A stretch of 57,811 nucleotides of DNA from assembly GCA_009992215.1 (NCBI GenBank), contig JAACWB010000007.1:1-57811 (forward strand). Direction: 5' to 3'. The translations under genes were made by a program, and so were the position numbers. Position 1 is the first letter of the stretch. Each line of letters begins with the position of its first letter. The notes beneath the pieces are model-generated. The model was not told the origin of the DNA. It did not search any database and worked only from the letters and a program-made list of their open reading frames with translations. Source of the stretch: an archaeon (GTDB lineage Archaea > Nanobdellota > Nanobdellia > Pacearchaeales > GW2011-AR1). This document shows positions 38,289 to 47,424 of the stretch, piece by piece.

Positions 38289-38990
38289 TTATTTTAATTT
38301 AAAATCAATTCCTTCTTTCTTTGCTTCTTCTTCAATTAAAGTAATTGCTTCTTTTAGTTTGTTATCAGCTAATTTGATATTTTCATCTTCTCTTTTTAAT
38401 GAGTATTTTCCTGCTGCTAAATATTTTATTTCTATTCCGTCGATATTTTCTAATAATTTTTTTATTAGAGTTAATCCATTTGGTTTTATTGTTGTTAAAC
38501 TAATTTCTTTTTTGAGGATAATCGTTTTCTTTTTTTGTGAATTTAAAATTTCCAAAACTTTAGTTGAGTTTTCTTTTCCAATCATTTTTTCTAATTCTTT
38601 TGAATCAGTTTTTGAGTTTTCTAAAAATTCATATAAATTATTTTTTTCTTTTATCTTTTCAATAGTTTCTGGAGTTTTTTCTTTTAGAATTGTTTTTAGG
38701 ACACTTGCATAACTTTTTTCTAATTTGTGTTGTTCTAAAACTTCTTTTTGTTCTTTTTGTGTTACTCTTCTAAGTGAGAGCTCAATATGGTCTGGCATAA
38801 TTTTTAGAATTTTACAAACAATTGTTTTTTTTGGAACAACAAAATCACGAATATTACGAATTCTTCCGGGGGACACTTCTGAAAACACAATTGAACCAGT
38901 TTTTTCTGTTCCTTCTATTTTTACAAAAACTGTTGTTCCTGCTATTCTGTCAACAGTACAAAGTACGATGTCTCCTTGTTCAAATTCCAT
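38289..38990 (-). CDS. eif2a: translation initiation factor aIF2 alpha subunit
   Basis: S1 domain with SEVSPGRIRNIRDFV, IELSLRRV, YLAAGKY. Confidence 0.9.
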   Translation of the reverse strand: MEFEQGDIVLCTVDRIAGTTVFVKIEGTEKTGSIVFSEVSPGRIRNIRDFVVPKKTIVCKILKIMPDHIELSLRRVTQKEQKEVLEQHKLEKSYASVLKTILKEKTPETIEKIKEKNNLYEFLENSKTDSKELEKMIGKENSTKVLEILNSQKKKTIILKKEISLTTIKPNGLTLIKKLLENIDGIEIKYLAAGKYSLKREDENIKLADNKLKEAITLIEEEAKKEGIDFKLK

Positions 38991-39057
38991 ATAAAATTAA
39001 GAGGAGATGTGGTTTTAAAGGTTACGGGTTTAGTTATTTTTAATTTTACAATTAAAA

Positions 39058-40407
39058 TTAATTAGAAGCAATTTTTACAACTTCAAGTTCAAAGTTTTCT
39101 TTTATTTTTGAAATAAATTCTTCTTCTTTTTCTAGAGGAATTGAACAACCTGCCGCGAATTCATGTCCACCGACTTCTCCATTAAAATGAATCATTATGT
39201 TTGATAAAAGTTCTCTAACGTTTCTTCCGCTTCGCCCAACATTTCTTCCTGAAATTTTTATCATTTGATTTTCATCATCTTCTGCCATTGAAATAATTAT
39301 TGTTCCTTTTTCATATGCTGGAGAATTTGCAAGGATACTAGTTACAGTTCCAATCATTGTGTCTTTAATATTTTTTTTAGCGTTGATAATTACAAAACCT
39401 TCACCAACAATCTTTTCTGAATCTTGTGCAAATTTTATTCCTGAAATTAATGTTTGTTTATATTTTACGTGAATTGCTTCGGCTTTTTTCTTTGCTTCTT
39501 GATTTTCCAAGCAAAGCCCAATTGCAACTTCTGGTTTTCCGTCTCTTGAACAAGCGTTAATTTTTGCGGAGAGTTCTCTTGCGTCTTCGAGTTTTCCATA
39601 TAATTTAATTAAAAATAAATCTCCAATAATTTCTTTATTTTTCTTTTTTGGATTTCTTAAAATAATTGAAGTTACTAATCGTTCCATTTCATCATCGTTT
39701 AATTCAATTAAACTTTTGTATTTTCCTCCTTCGGGGTTTAGTCCTGCTTCACGAAGTAATTCTAAAACTCCTTTAATATCTCCTGTTACTCCTGGAATAA
39801 ATGGGTCAGAAGAATATTCTAAAACTCTGTTTAATGGACGAGTTGAAGGGAAAATTAATAGTCCTCTTTTTCTTTGGATGTTTCCATCTTCTAAGATTCC
39901 ATTATTTAATTTGTCAATATCTTTTTCTAATTGGTCTCCTATCATTCCTAAAATTGCAAGTTTTGCTAAGTCTTTATTTTTTTCATCAATTTCTTTTGCA
40001 AATAAATATGTTAATCCAGAAGAGGAAATTTTTTCTTTGTCCCAAAGCTGCGGATTTATTATTTCAACGTTATTTGGAATTTCTTCTTCTACTTCGTGAT
40101 GATCAATTATGTAAACTTTTTTTAAATTTGCTTCTTTAATATATCCAAGACTGTTTGATGCTAAATCTAAAAATACAATGACTTTGTTTTTATCTAATGA
40201 GTCAATGGTTTCCTTTGTCAAACTTTTTATTATTTTTAATGAGAATTGTTGATCTAACTTTTTTAGAGTTTGAATCATTATACTTGCAGAAGTAATTCCG
40301 TCGGTGTCAAAATGGCTTATGATTTCAATATTTTCTCCTTTAACTTGTTCTAGAAAACTTCTTACAATGTATTTTAGTTTCACCTCTAATATATTTTGAT
40401 TTTCCAT
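39058..40407 (-). CDS. RecJ-like DHH/DHHA1 phosphoesterase
   Basis: HFDTDG, IDHH, GMIGD, GGHEFAAG; follows uS15, as in other archaea. Confidence 0.92.
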   Translation of the reverse strand: MENQNILEVKLKYIVRSFLEQVKGENIEIISHFDTDGITSASIMIQTLKKLDQQFSLKIIKSLTKETIDSLDKNKVIVFLDLASNSLGYIKEANLKKVYIIDHHEVEEEIPNNVEIINPQLWDKEKISSSGLTYLFAKEIDEKNKDLAKLAILGMIGDQLEKDIDKLNNGILEDGNIQRKRGLLIFPSTRPLNRVLEYSSDPFIPGVTGDIKGVLELLREAGLNPEGGKYKSLIELNDDEMERLVTSIILRNPKKKNKEIIGDLFLIKLYGKLEDARELSAKINACSRDGKPEVAIGLCLENQEAKKKAEAIHVKYKQTLISGIKFAQDSEKIVGEGFVIINAKKNIKDTMIGTVTSILANSPAYEKGTIIISMAEDDENQMIKISGRNVGRSGRNVRELLSNIMIHFNGEVGGHEFAAGCSIPLEKEEEFISKIKENFELEVVKIASN

Positions 40408-40432
40408 TTGTAAAGAATTTAGAAGAAACTAG

Positions 40433-40774
40433 TTAACGTGTTTTGATACCAAAATATTTTTTCAATGTTCTAAGTTGTGAGAAAACTCTGTCTTTTTCTC
40501 TTTTTGCTTTTTTATCTTGGGCATTCTTTTCAGAATGTGCTTTAATCTTTGCTAGTTTTTCTTCTACGTTTTTTAAATCTGGGTTCACGTATTTGTCGCC
40601 TAAGATTTTTGATATTTTCCCTTCATATTCTGAGGGGTGAATTCCTTCATCTTTTAATCTTTGACCGATTTTTTCTGCTGTTAAGCCTTCAGTAGCTAGG
40701 GCTAGAACTTTTTTTTCATATTCTTTTTGAGTTAATTTTTGTTTTTCTACTTTCACTTTTTTTATTTTTGCCAT
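40433..40774 (-). CDS. rps15: 30S ribosomal protein uS15 (shortened)
   Basis: EGLTAEKIG..LKDEG, PDL, H...N..DKKAKR, L.KY; adjacent to the DHH gene. Confidence 0.85.
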   Translation of the reverse strand: MAKIKKVKVEKQKLTQKEYEKKVLALATEGLTAEKIGQRLKDEGIHPSEYEGKISKILGDKYVNPDLKNVEEKLAKIKAHSEKNAQDKKAKREKDRVFSQLRTLKKYFGIKTR

Positions 40775-40896
40775 GAATATTTGTGTAAATCTTCTTTTTT
40801 AAAGCTTTGCGTTTATTTTTTAGTGATTTTCTTGTTCATTTATTCTCAGTAATTACATGAAGTAAGATATATAAACTAGAAAATATATATTGGAGT

Positions 40897-41697
40897 ATGG
40901 GTAAAGTAGTGGGTGTGTTAAGCCTAAAAGGGGGTGTAGGAAAAACTTCTAGTGTTGTTTCCATTGGAGCTTCACTTGCTAAAATGGGAAAGAAAGTTTT
41001 ACTAGTTGATGGAAATTTATCTGCACCAAATTTGGGACTTCATTTAGATGTGATTACTCCAGTTAAAACACTTCATCATGTTTTGGCAGGCGAAGAAAAA
41101 ATTGATGATGTAATTTATGAAACTCATGGGCTTGATATTGTTCCTGCTTCACTATTTCATAATTTAGAAGTTAATCCCTTGAAATTAAAAAATAAAATTA
41201 GAGAATTAAAAGATAAGTACGACGTTATTTTAATTGATTCATCTCCTTCTTTAGATGATGAAACTCTTGGAGTTATGATGGCTTCTGATGAACTTTTGGT
41301 TGTGACAACACCTGACTTTTCAACTCTCTCTATGACGTTAAAATCAGTTAAATCTGCCAAAGAAAAAGGGACACCAATTACTGGTTTAATTTTAAACAAA
41401 GTTCATAATAAAAATTTTGAACTTAGCCTTGAAGACATTGAAAAGACAAGTGATGTTCCAGTGATGGCTGTGATTCCTCATGATATTAATATAATTCGTT
41501 CTCAAGCGCAATTTGTCCCTTCAACATATATCAAACCAAATTCTCAAAGTAATGTAGAATATAACAAATTAGCTCATTTAATTGTTGGAGAAAAATATAA
41601 TCCTCCTAAAAATATTTATAATATTCTTAACAGATTTTCAAATCCTCAAAGACAAGAAATCAACAGACAAATTTTTTATAATTCTATTTTTAATTAG
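40897..41697 (+). CDS. minD: MinD/ParA family ATPase
   Basis: KGGVGKTS, DGNLSAPNLGLHL, IDSSP. Confidence 0.9.
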   Translation: MGKVVGVLSLKGGVGKTSSVVSIGASLAKMGKKVLLVDGNLSAPNLGLHLDVITPVKTLHHVLAGEEKIDDVIYETHGLDIVPASLFHNLEVNPLKLKNKIRELKDKYDVILIDSSPSLDDETLGVMMASDELLVVTTPDFSTLSMTLKSVKSAKEKGTPITGLILNKVHNKNFELSLEDIEKTSDVPVMAVIPHDINIIRSQAQFVPSTYIKPNSQSNVEYNKLAHLIVGEKYNPPKNIYNILNRFSNPQRQEINRQIFYNSIFN

Positions 41698-41791
41698 GAA
41701 ACTAGTTTCAAAAAAAGACTGGCCTTTTAGGTTTGAAGTAAAATTAATTTTACCTAAAAGGCAGGAAATTAACCATATTTTTTTAACTGAG

Positions 41792-42028
41792 TTATGCAGC
41801 CAAGCTTAAGTAATTAAGATTTACCAAAGCTGTTTCTTTATTTTCTTGTCTTACCATTTGTGGTAAGTGAACCAATGCTTGTTCCCCAAAGATTCCAAGT
41901 ACAAATACTTCTATTTTTGAAGTTCTTGCATTTGGTTTTAGTTCTGTTCCAGGTAAAACTGGTTTGTAAACTAAAAGCTCGTTAAAAAAAGTTGTCTCGT
42001 ATGGGCAATAGAGATGTGCTTTTTTCAT
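41792..42028 (-). CDS. hypothetical small protein
   Basis: 78-aa ORF with ATG and upstream TATA-like box. Confidence 0.5.
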   Translation of the reverse strand: MKKAHLYCPYETTFFNELLVYKPVLPGTELKPNARTSKIEVFVLGIFGEQALVHLPQMVRQENKETALVNLNYLSLAA

Positions 42029-42274
42029 AATAAATCATGTGATGAAATCTTTATATTAAATTCCGAGTATTTTTTGATAGTAATCTTAGTTAGGAGTTTT
42101 TAGTGAAACAGTCTTGTTTCTGTTTCTCGGTGAAAGTGAAACAGGTTTTTTATGAGTAATAAATTGTATTGTTCATTATTAGGGTGAAAGAATAAGTTTT
42201 ATGCGAACTTTAATTATTTTTGAGAAAGGCAAATCTTATAAATTAAAATTCTTAGATTATTATATTGTTTTACT

Positions 42275-42405
42275 AGCCCCGTAGTCAGTTCCCAAGGATA
42301 CAGGACTTTGAATTTACTCTCACTCTTGAAATGTTCTTTAAATTCGCTTTACTCATTTATTTGAAATTTCAAAAGATGTTCGCTGTGACCTCACGATTCG
42401 AATCC
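42275..42405 (+). pseudogene. degenerate, interrupted duplicate of tRNA-Gln
   Basis: 5' half AGCCCCGTAGTC...CAGGACTTTGAAT, about 70-nt insert, then CTGTGACC..GATTCGAATCCG; 3' acceptor strand missing. Confidence 0.75.
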
Positions 42406-42469
42406 GTTTATTTTTTGCAAATGACAAATCTTATAAATTAAAATTCTTAGATTATTATATTGTTTTACT

Positions 42470-42542
42470 AGCCCCGTAGTCTAGTGGTCAAGGATACAGG
42501 ACTTTGAATCCTGTGACCCCGGTTCGAATCCGGGCGGGGCTA
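42470..42542 (+). tRNA. tRNA-Gln(TTG)
   Basis: AGCCCCG/CGGGGCT acceptor stem (archaeal A1-U72), CAGGA-CTTTGAA-TCCTG anticodon arm, GGTTCGAATCC; no encoded CCA. Confidence 0.97.
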
Positions 42543-42651
42543 TTTTTGTGGGGTCACGTGACCACAACTCAAGCCCGCAACATTTTTTATTTTTTCATTT
42601 TGAATTTATTTGAAATGTTGCAAACTTTCGGGTTTGAAAATCCGAGCGGAG

Positions 42652-43026
42652 CTACTTTTTTGTTAGAATTTCTAAATTACTTGGGCGCACAGATTTTAAT
42701 GAATTATCATTTCTATTAATATTTATTTTTGTTTTATATGGTTTGAATTCTTCTCCTTTTGTTTCTGTGAGGAGATCTTTTCCTGGTTCAATTTTAATGT
42801 TATATTGGCCTTCACCTAAATTATAATTTATTCTTCCCCAACAATCTCCATTATATACAATTGTGTCTTTTTTGCTATAGAAAGTCGCTTTAGGAAATGA
42901 AGGAAAATAGAATTCTTCTGGCTCAATTATTATTGTTCCTTTTGTTTTTGTTTCGAGGGGTTTTGAAGAGAATAAGAACGGGGACAAAGACAATGCAATT
43001 ATTGCAATACCTCTTTTTATATTCAT
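42652..43026 (-). CDS. hypothetical secreted protein
   Basis: Signal peptide KRGIAIIALSLSPFLF. Confidence 0.55.
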   Translation of the reverse strand: MNIKRGIAIIALSLSPFLFSSKPLETKTKGTIIIEPEEFYFPSFPKATFYSKKDTIVYNGDCWGRINYNLGEGQYNIKIEPGKDLLTETKGEEFKPYKTKININRNDNSLKSVRPSNLEILTKK

Positions 43027-43116
43027 TCAAATTTATGTATTTTTTTGTTTATAGTTTTCACCTATATATCTACATAGTTTGATAAATTTTATATAGTTTG
43101 AATATAATTTATATTT

Positions 43117-44055
43117 ATGAAAAAATATACTCGTAAATTACAATTTGTTGCTGGAAGCACTTATTCTATTTCACTCCCGAAGGAATGGGTGAAGGATTTT
43201 AATTTAAAACCACAACAGCTTCTTAATTTGGTTGAAATGGAAACTGGGCTTCTTATTTCTCCAGAGAATGTTTCTTTGTCTTCAAATGAAATTAGTTTCT
43301 CTTTGGATGAGATGAATTCTGGGATTAATCAAATATTAATTTCTTCTTATTATTATGGTTTTGAAAAAATAAATTTTTATTCAAAATCAGAAATTTCTCC
43401 TGAAGCGAAGAGAGACATAAGAAATATTATCAGTGAACTTCCTGGGGCAGAAATTATTTATGAAGACAAAAAGAAATTGTCAATTCAAATTATGTTTGAA
43501 AATTTGAATGTTGATATCTTTCAGTTATTGTATAGAGTTTATTTGTTAGTTGAATCTTCAATTGAAAATATTGTTTCTTTATTTGATTGGGAAGAAATTG
43601 ATTTGAATGAAAAAGAGGTTGATCGGCTTTATCATTTGGCTACAAAAATTATTACTTATTCGATAAAAAATCGTGGGGTTTTGATTTCTTCAAAGATTGA
43701 GAATCCTCTTTTTTTGCCTTCTCTTTTTTTAATTAGTAAGAGGCTTGAAAATATTGAAGACAATTTGAGTGAAATTGCAAAGTTGGTAAAAACAAATCAA
43801 ATTGTTTTGAATGAGTCAAAAAAAATTTTGCCTGAATTAAAAAATGAACTTGAGCGAGCAATTTTGTATTTGATTGGTAAAAGAAATAAGCATTTCATTA
43901 AAATGGAAAATTCCATGAAAGAAAGAATAAAGGAAGATATGAATAAAATAAAAAATGATTTGGTGAAACAAAATGTACGAGATATTTTAAGATACATTGT
44001 TAATATACAAGAGGATGTGATTACCCTTGGATTTTATGAGAAGTTGAAGAATTAA
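43117..44055 (+). CDS. archaeal phosphate uptake regulator (AbrB and PhoU domains)
   Basis: RKLQFVAGSTYSISLPKEWV, EVDRLY, LENIED. Confidence 0.88.
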   Translation: MKKYTRKLQFVAGSTYSISLPKEWVKDFNLKPQQLLNLVEMETGLLISPENVSLSSNEISFSLDEMNSGINQILISSYYYGFEKINFYSKSEISPEAKRDIRNIISELPGAEIIYEDKKKLSIQIMFENLNVDIFQLLYRVYLLVESSIENIVSLFDWEEIDLNEKEVDRLYHLATKIITYSIKNRGVLISSKIENPLFLPSLFLISKRLENIEDNLSEIAKLVKTNQIVLNESKKILPELKNELERAILYLIGKRNKHFIKMENSMKERIKEDMNKIKNDLVKQNVRDILRYIVNIQEDVITLGFYEKLKN

Positions 44056-44660
44056 TGTTTGTATCTTCCACGTTTTTCTATGGCTTTCATTTTATCAAAA
44101 ACTTTCTCTGCTTCTTTTGGATTTATACTTCTGTAACCAATTTCAAATTCTTTGAATAGTGTTTGCCAATTTTCAAAGTGTTTTGCTTCGAGCGCTTGTT
44201 TAAGTAAATGAATGTCAACTCCTTTGTCTTCGTATTTTCCGTTGAAGTATCCGAGTCCAAAATCAATTAAAAATATTTTTTTATCTTTTAATATCATGTT
44301 TGAAGTTGTTAAGTCTCCATGAATTATTCCTTTTTCGTGTAATTTTGCAATTGATTTACCTAATTCAAACATTATCTCTTCTTGTTTTTTTTGTTCGAAT
44401 TTATTTAATGAAGTGGAGAGTTTTTGTCCGTCAATAAAGGGCATGATTATTTTGTCAACTTCTTTTTGTTTTTCAGGTAGCGGGACATTAACAATTTCAC
44501 TTGCTTCTGTTAGAAGTTTTGTTTCTGACTTTGTTCTTTTTTTTATTATTGATTTGTCTAGTTCTTTATGTCTATAACCTTTAGAAATTCTTTCTTTTAT
44601 GACTTTGTCATTCTCTAAATAAATTACTGCTTCTGCACCAGAAGATATTTGTTTTTTCAT
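44052..44660 (-). CDS. bud32: KEOPS kinase/ATPase Bud32
   Basis: GAEA, K.RISKGYRH..LD, HGDLTTSN, IDFGL, RGRY. Confidence 0.95.
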   Translation of the reverse strand: MKKQISSGAEAVIYLENDKVIKERISKGYRHKELDKSIIKKRTKSETKLLTEASEIVNVPLPEKQKEVDKIIMPFIDGQKLSTSLNKFEQKKQEEIMFELGKSIAKLHEKGIIHGDLTTSNMILKDKKIFLIDFGLGYFNGKYEDKGVDIHLLKQALEAKHFENWQTLFKEFEIGYRSINPKEAEKVFDKMKAIEKRGRYKH

Positions 44661-45067
44661 TTTATTTTATATTTTCCGTCTCCTGCAAATAGTAGGATTG
44701 CTAGGCTTGTTATTACACCCAAATCTGTTGTTAAACAATATGGGCAAGTTGCATGGATTACAAAAAATTGTAGGTATAGAAAATATACTCCGAGGCATGA
44801 ACCCAGTGTTAAACCTAAAGTTAGAAATTGTTTTTTTCTTTTTGTTGGTTTTTTTATGTGTGAAAAATTAATTATGAAAAGTGCAACGAATGCTGCTAGT
44901 CCAAGGTGCGCGTTTTTCATTCCGAATACTTCATCATAATTTGAGGCTTGTACTTTGTAACAACCAGTTTCTTCTTGTCCGCATGCTTTTTCAATTGGAA
45001 TGAACGACAAAATTGCTGACGCTATTAGTGCTAGTCCAATAAAAAATAAAATTGATTTATATTTCAT
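44657..45067 (-). CDS. vitamin K epoxide reductase (VKOR) family protein
   Basis: C.....GC..V..S.Y, CPYC, TM helices. Confidence 0.88.
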   Translation of the reverse strand: MKYKSILFFIGLALIASAILSFIPIEKACGQEETGCYKVQASNYDEVFGMKNAHLGLAAFVALFIINFSHIKKPTKRKKQFLTLGLTLGSCLGVYFLYLQFFVIHATCPYCLTTDLGVITSLAILLFAGDGKYKIK

Positions 45068-45135
45068 AAAATTAGTTAAGAAAAAAGGGATTAAAAAGAT
45101 TAGGGTTTGTTTGTCGGTGTTGAAAAATTCGAAAA

Positions 45136-45202
45136 TTTCTTCGTTATTATTCGTGCCCGAATGTTTTGTGACACGTCCCCCCGCGCCCTAATTACGAAGA
45201 AA
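45136..45202. repeat. C-tract-loop hairpin element, copy 7
   Basis: TTTCTTCGTTATTA/TAATTACGAAGAAA stem around TTCGTGCCCGAATG...CCCCCCGCGCCC. Confidence 0.8.
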
Positions 45203-45293
45203 GGTTCTAGTTAAATTATCTTCGGATTATAGTTTCAACAAAGTAGCTTGTTAATTTCAAAAGATATTTAATCCATTCCTTGTTTTGTTTTTT

Positions 45294-45626
45294 ATGAGCC
45301 CAATGGAAAAAGAACTTGAAGGAATTTTGTCTTCTTTTGAAGCTATGCAAAAAAGCGAGAAGTTAGCAATTGGTAGCATGGATGAGAGAATAAAAGAATT
45401 TATTCAAAAGATTTTGAATGGTTTGATTAAATATCATTTGGATGAAGAGAAGTATTTTTCTTTTATTGAAATTTTAGATAAATTTATTGATGAAATGAGA
45501 TATAATGACAATGGAACTGACTGGATGGTTTGGTGTAATATTGATTTTGGAAAACTGAGTTTAATTAGTTCAGGGGTTGTTGAAGACATGAAAGTTTTGG
45601 AAGAGATTAAGGAGTATTATTGTTAA
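45294..45626 (+). CDS. hypothetical protein
   Basis: Acidic ORF, no motif recognised. Confidence 0.5.
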   Translation: MSPMEKELEGILSSFEAMQKSEKLAIGSMDERIKEFIQKILNGLIKYHLDEEKYFSFIEILDKFIDEMRYNDNGTDWMVWCNIDFGKLSLISSGVVEDMKVLEEIKEYYC

Positions 45627-46354
45627 TATTCGTAATTTCCTAAATCTACTACAATACTTTTTCCTTTATTTTTTTCTGAACCAAAATAGTCAATATTAAA
45701 TTCTCCTTTGCCTATTGATGTTATAACAAATTCATGAACGGCTTCTTTAAAAAATAAATTTGCTTCTTGTACAATTAAATCTTGTGGGCTTGGTCCTGAA
45801 AAGGGTGTTTCATCTATTTGCGAAGCGTGAAGATGAAATTCAGTTAAATATTCTTCTGGGTTTATGTTTTCTGGAAGAAGGTAAGAACCATCATTTTCTT
45901 TTTTTCTAATCAATTCACTTTTAAGAAGATTAAATTTAATTTTATTTTTGTTTAACGTTGTTATTCCTCCGTGTTCAGAATATTTATCGTTAATGTCATC
46001 AATAATAATTTTTCCTATTTCTTTTCTGAATTCTTTTTCTTTTAAGTTTTCTAGTGTTAAGTAAATTATTTTTAGTTGATTTTCTGTTAATTCATATATT
46101 TGTGAATAACTTTCATCTCTTGGTTTTGTTTCTAAATAGATACGGCTTTTTCTGTAAGAATGATTTTTTTCTTTTAGAGTTTCATATACTTCATCAATTA
46201 AATTTTTTCCAAGAAAATAATCTTTTGTGTTTTTTTCCAAATATTCGTTAGTTACTTTTGAAGGGAAATATTTTTCTAAAAGAGAACTGTCTTTTGTTTT
46301 CATTGGCATAAATAGGAGACTTCCAGTAAGAAGTAAAGTGTAGAGTGTTTTCAT
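45623..46354 (-). CDS. secreted protein with JAB/MPN-like metal-binding motif
   Basis: Signal peptide; EHGG...FHLHA...GPSPQD. Confidence 0.55.
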   Translation of the reverse strand: MKTLYTLLLTGSLLFMPMKTKDSSLLEKYFPSKVTNEYLEKNTKDYFLGKNLIDEVYETLKEKNHSYRKSRIYLETKPRDESYSQIYELTENQLKIIYLTLENLKEKEFRKEIGKIIIDDINDKYSEHGGITTLNKNKIKFNLLKSELIRKKENDGSYLLPENINPEEYLTEFHLHASQIDETPFSGPSPQDLIVQEANLFFKEAVHEFVITSIGKGEFNIDYFGSEKNKGKSIVVDLGNYEY

Positions 46355-46375
46355 TTTTTGAGAAGATAAAATGGG

Positions 46376-46462
46376 TATTTATTTATTGTTGTTTCGCGCC
46401 CGAATGCTTTGAGACGCGCCCACCAACCCCCTCCAACCACCCAGTTGGGAGTGAGTTAAATA
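46376..46462. repeat. C-tract-loop element, copy 8
   Basis: TTCGCGCCCGAATG...CGCGCCCACCAACCCCCTCCAACCACCC. Confidence 0.75.
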
Positions 46463-46499
46463 GGCTATTTTTTGTTTGGGAAGAATTGTAAATTTAATC

Positions 46500-47423
46500 T
46501 TAATCATACATCTTCTTTGTTGGCATAATTTCTTCTATTACATCAAAAGCAGTTTTAATTTGAGTTTCTGCTTCTTTTTTTAATTTTATCATTTTGTCTA
46601 ATTCTGTTGGGTGAGCTACATCATTTCTATCTATTTTTATGGATTGTATTTTAAAATAATTTTTATCTGAAATAATTTTTTGATTTTTTAATAGCCCTAT
46701 TTTATTTTCAAATTTCATCTCGAGTATGGATTCTTTTGTATTTAATATTTTTTTATTTTGCACTAAAATCATTAATAAGTCTGTACAGATTTTTTCAAGT
46801 AATCTTCCTGAAAGAAATACAGAAAGTTCTTCATAACCCAATCCAAAAAGATTTACAATTTCTATCCAATAAATTATATAGTCGGATGAACTCAGTTTTT
46901 TATATTTCAAAAATTTCCTATTTTTTTCATTAATTTTTTCATTAATTTCTTGTAAGGCAAGCGATGTTTTTTGGACACTGAAATATGTTTTTAATCTTTG
47001 GTGTTCTATTTCTTTTTTTATCTCGCAACCTTCTTTTTCTATTTTCTCTTTTCTTTTTTTGAGGTATTTTATAAAACTCCCTTCAACTTTTATTAATTCT
47101 TTTTCTTTTTTATATTCAAAAATTTCAATAATTTGTATTACTTTCTTTTTTATTAAAGGAATTTGATTGAAGTTATATGAATCTTTAAATGTTTTTAAAT
47201 TTTGATTAAATTTATTTATCAATATGTTAATTTTTTCTACCTTTATTTTTATTTTTTCTTTTGATTCTTTTTTAATCTTTAAAAAATCTTTTTTATTTTC
47301 TTGTGGTTCAGATAATTCATGTCCAAGGTTATGAATTATCTCAAAAAGGCTATTAATTTCTATAAAAATTATTTGTTGGTTTTGTACTAAATTGTAAAAA
47401 GGTATAGCATTTATTCCAATCAT
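46500..47423 (-). CDS. coiled-coil protein with C-terminal HEPN/DUF4145-like domain
   Basis: GRLLE...RNDVAHP (RxxxxH). Confidence 0.55.
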   Translation of the reverse strand: MIGINAIPFYNLVQNQQIIFIEINSLFEIIHNLGHELSEPQENKKDFLKIKKESKEKIKIKVEKINILINKFNQNLKTFKDSYNFNQIPLIKKKVIQIIEIFEYKKEKELIKVEGSFIKYLKKRKEKIEKEGCEIKKEIEHQRLKTYFSVQKTSLALQEINEKINEKNRKFLKYKKLSSSDYIIYWIEIVNLFGLGYEELSVFLSGRLLEKICTDLLMILVQNKKILNTKESILEMKFENKIGLLKNQKIISDKNYFKIQSIKIDRNDVAHPTELDKMIKLKKEAETQIKTAFDVIEEIMPTKKMYD

Positions 47424-47424
47424 T

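Noticed and set aside
42275-42405. Functional intron-containing second tRNA-Gln
   Set aside because: The D arm is disrupted, the 3' acceptor strand is absent and no clear bulge-helix-bulge is visible
42504-42719. 71-aa ORF
   Set aside because: Overlaps tRNA-Gln and the downstream hairpin; spurious
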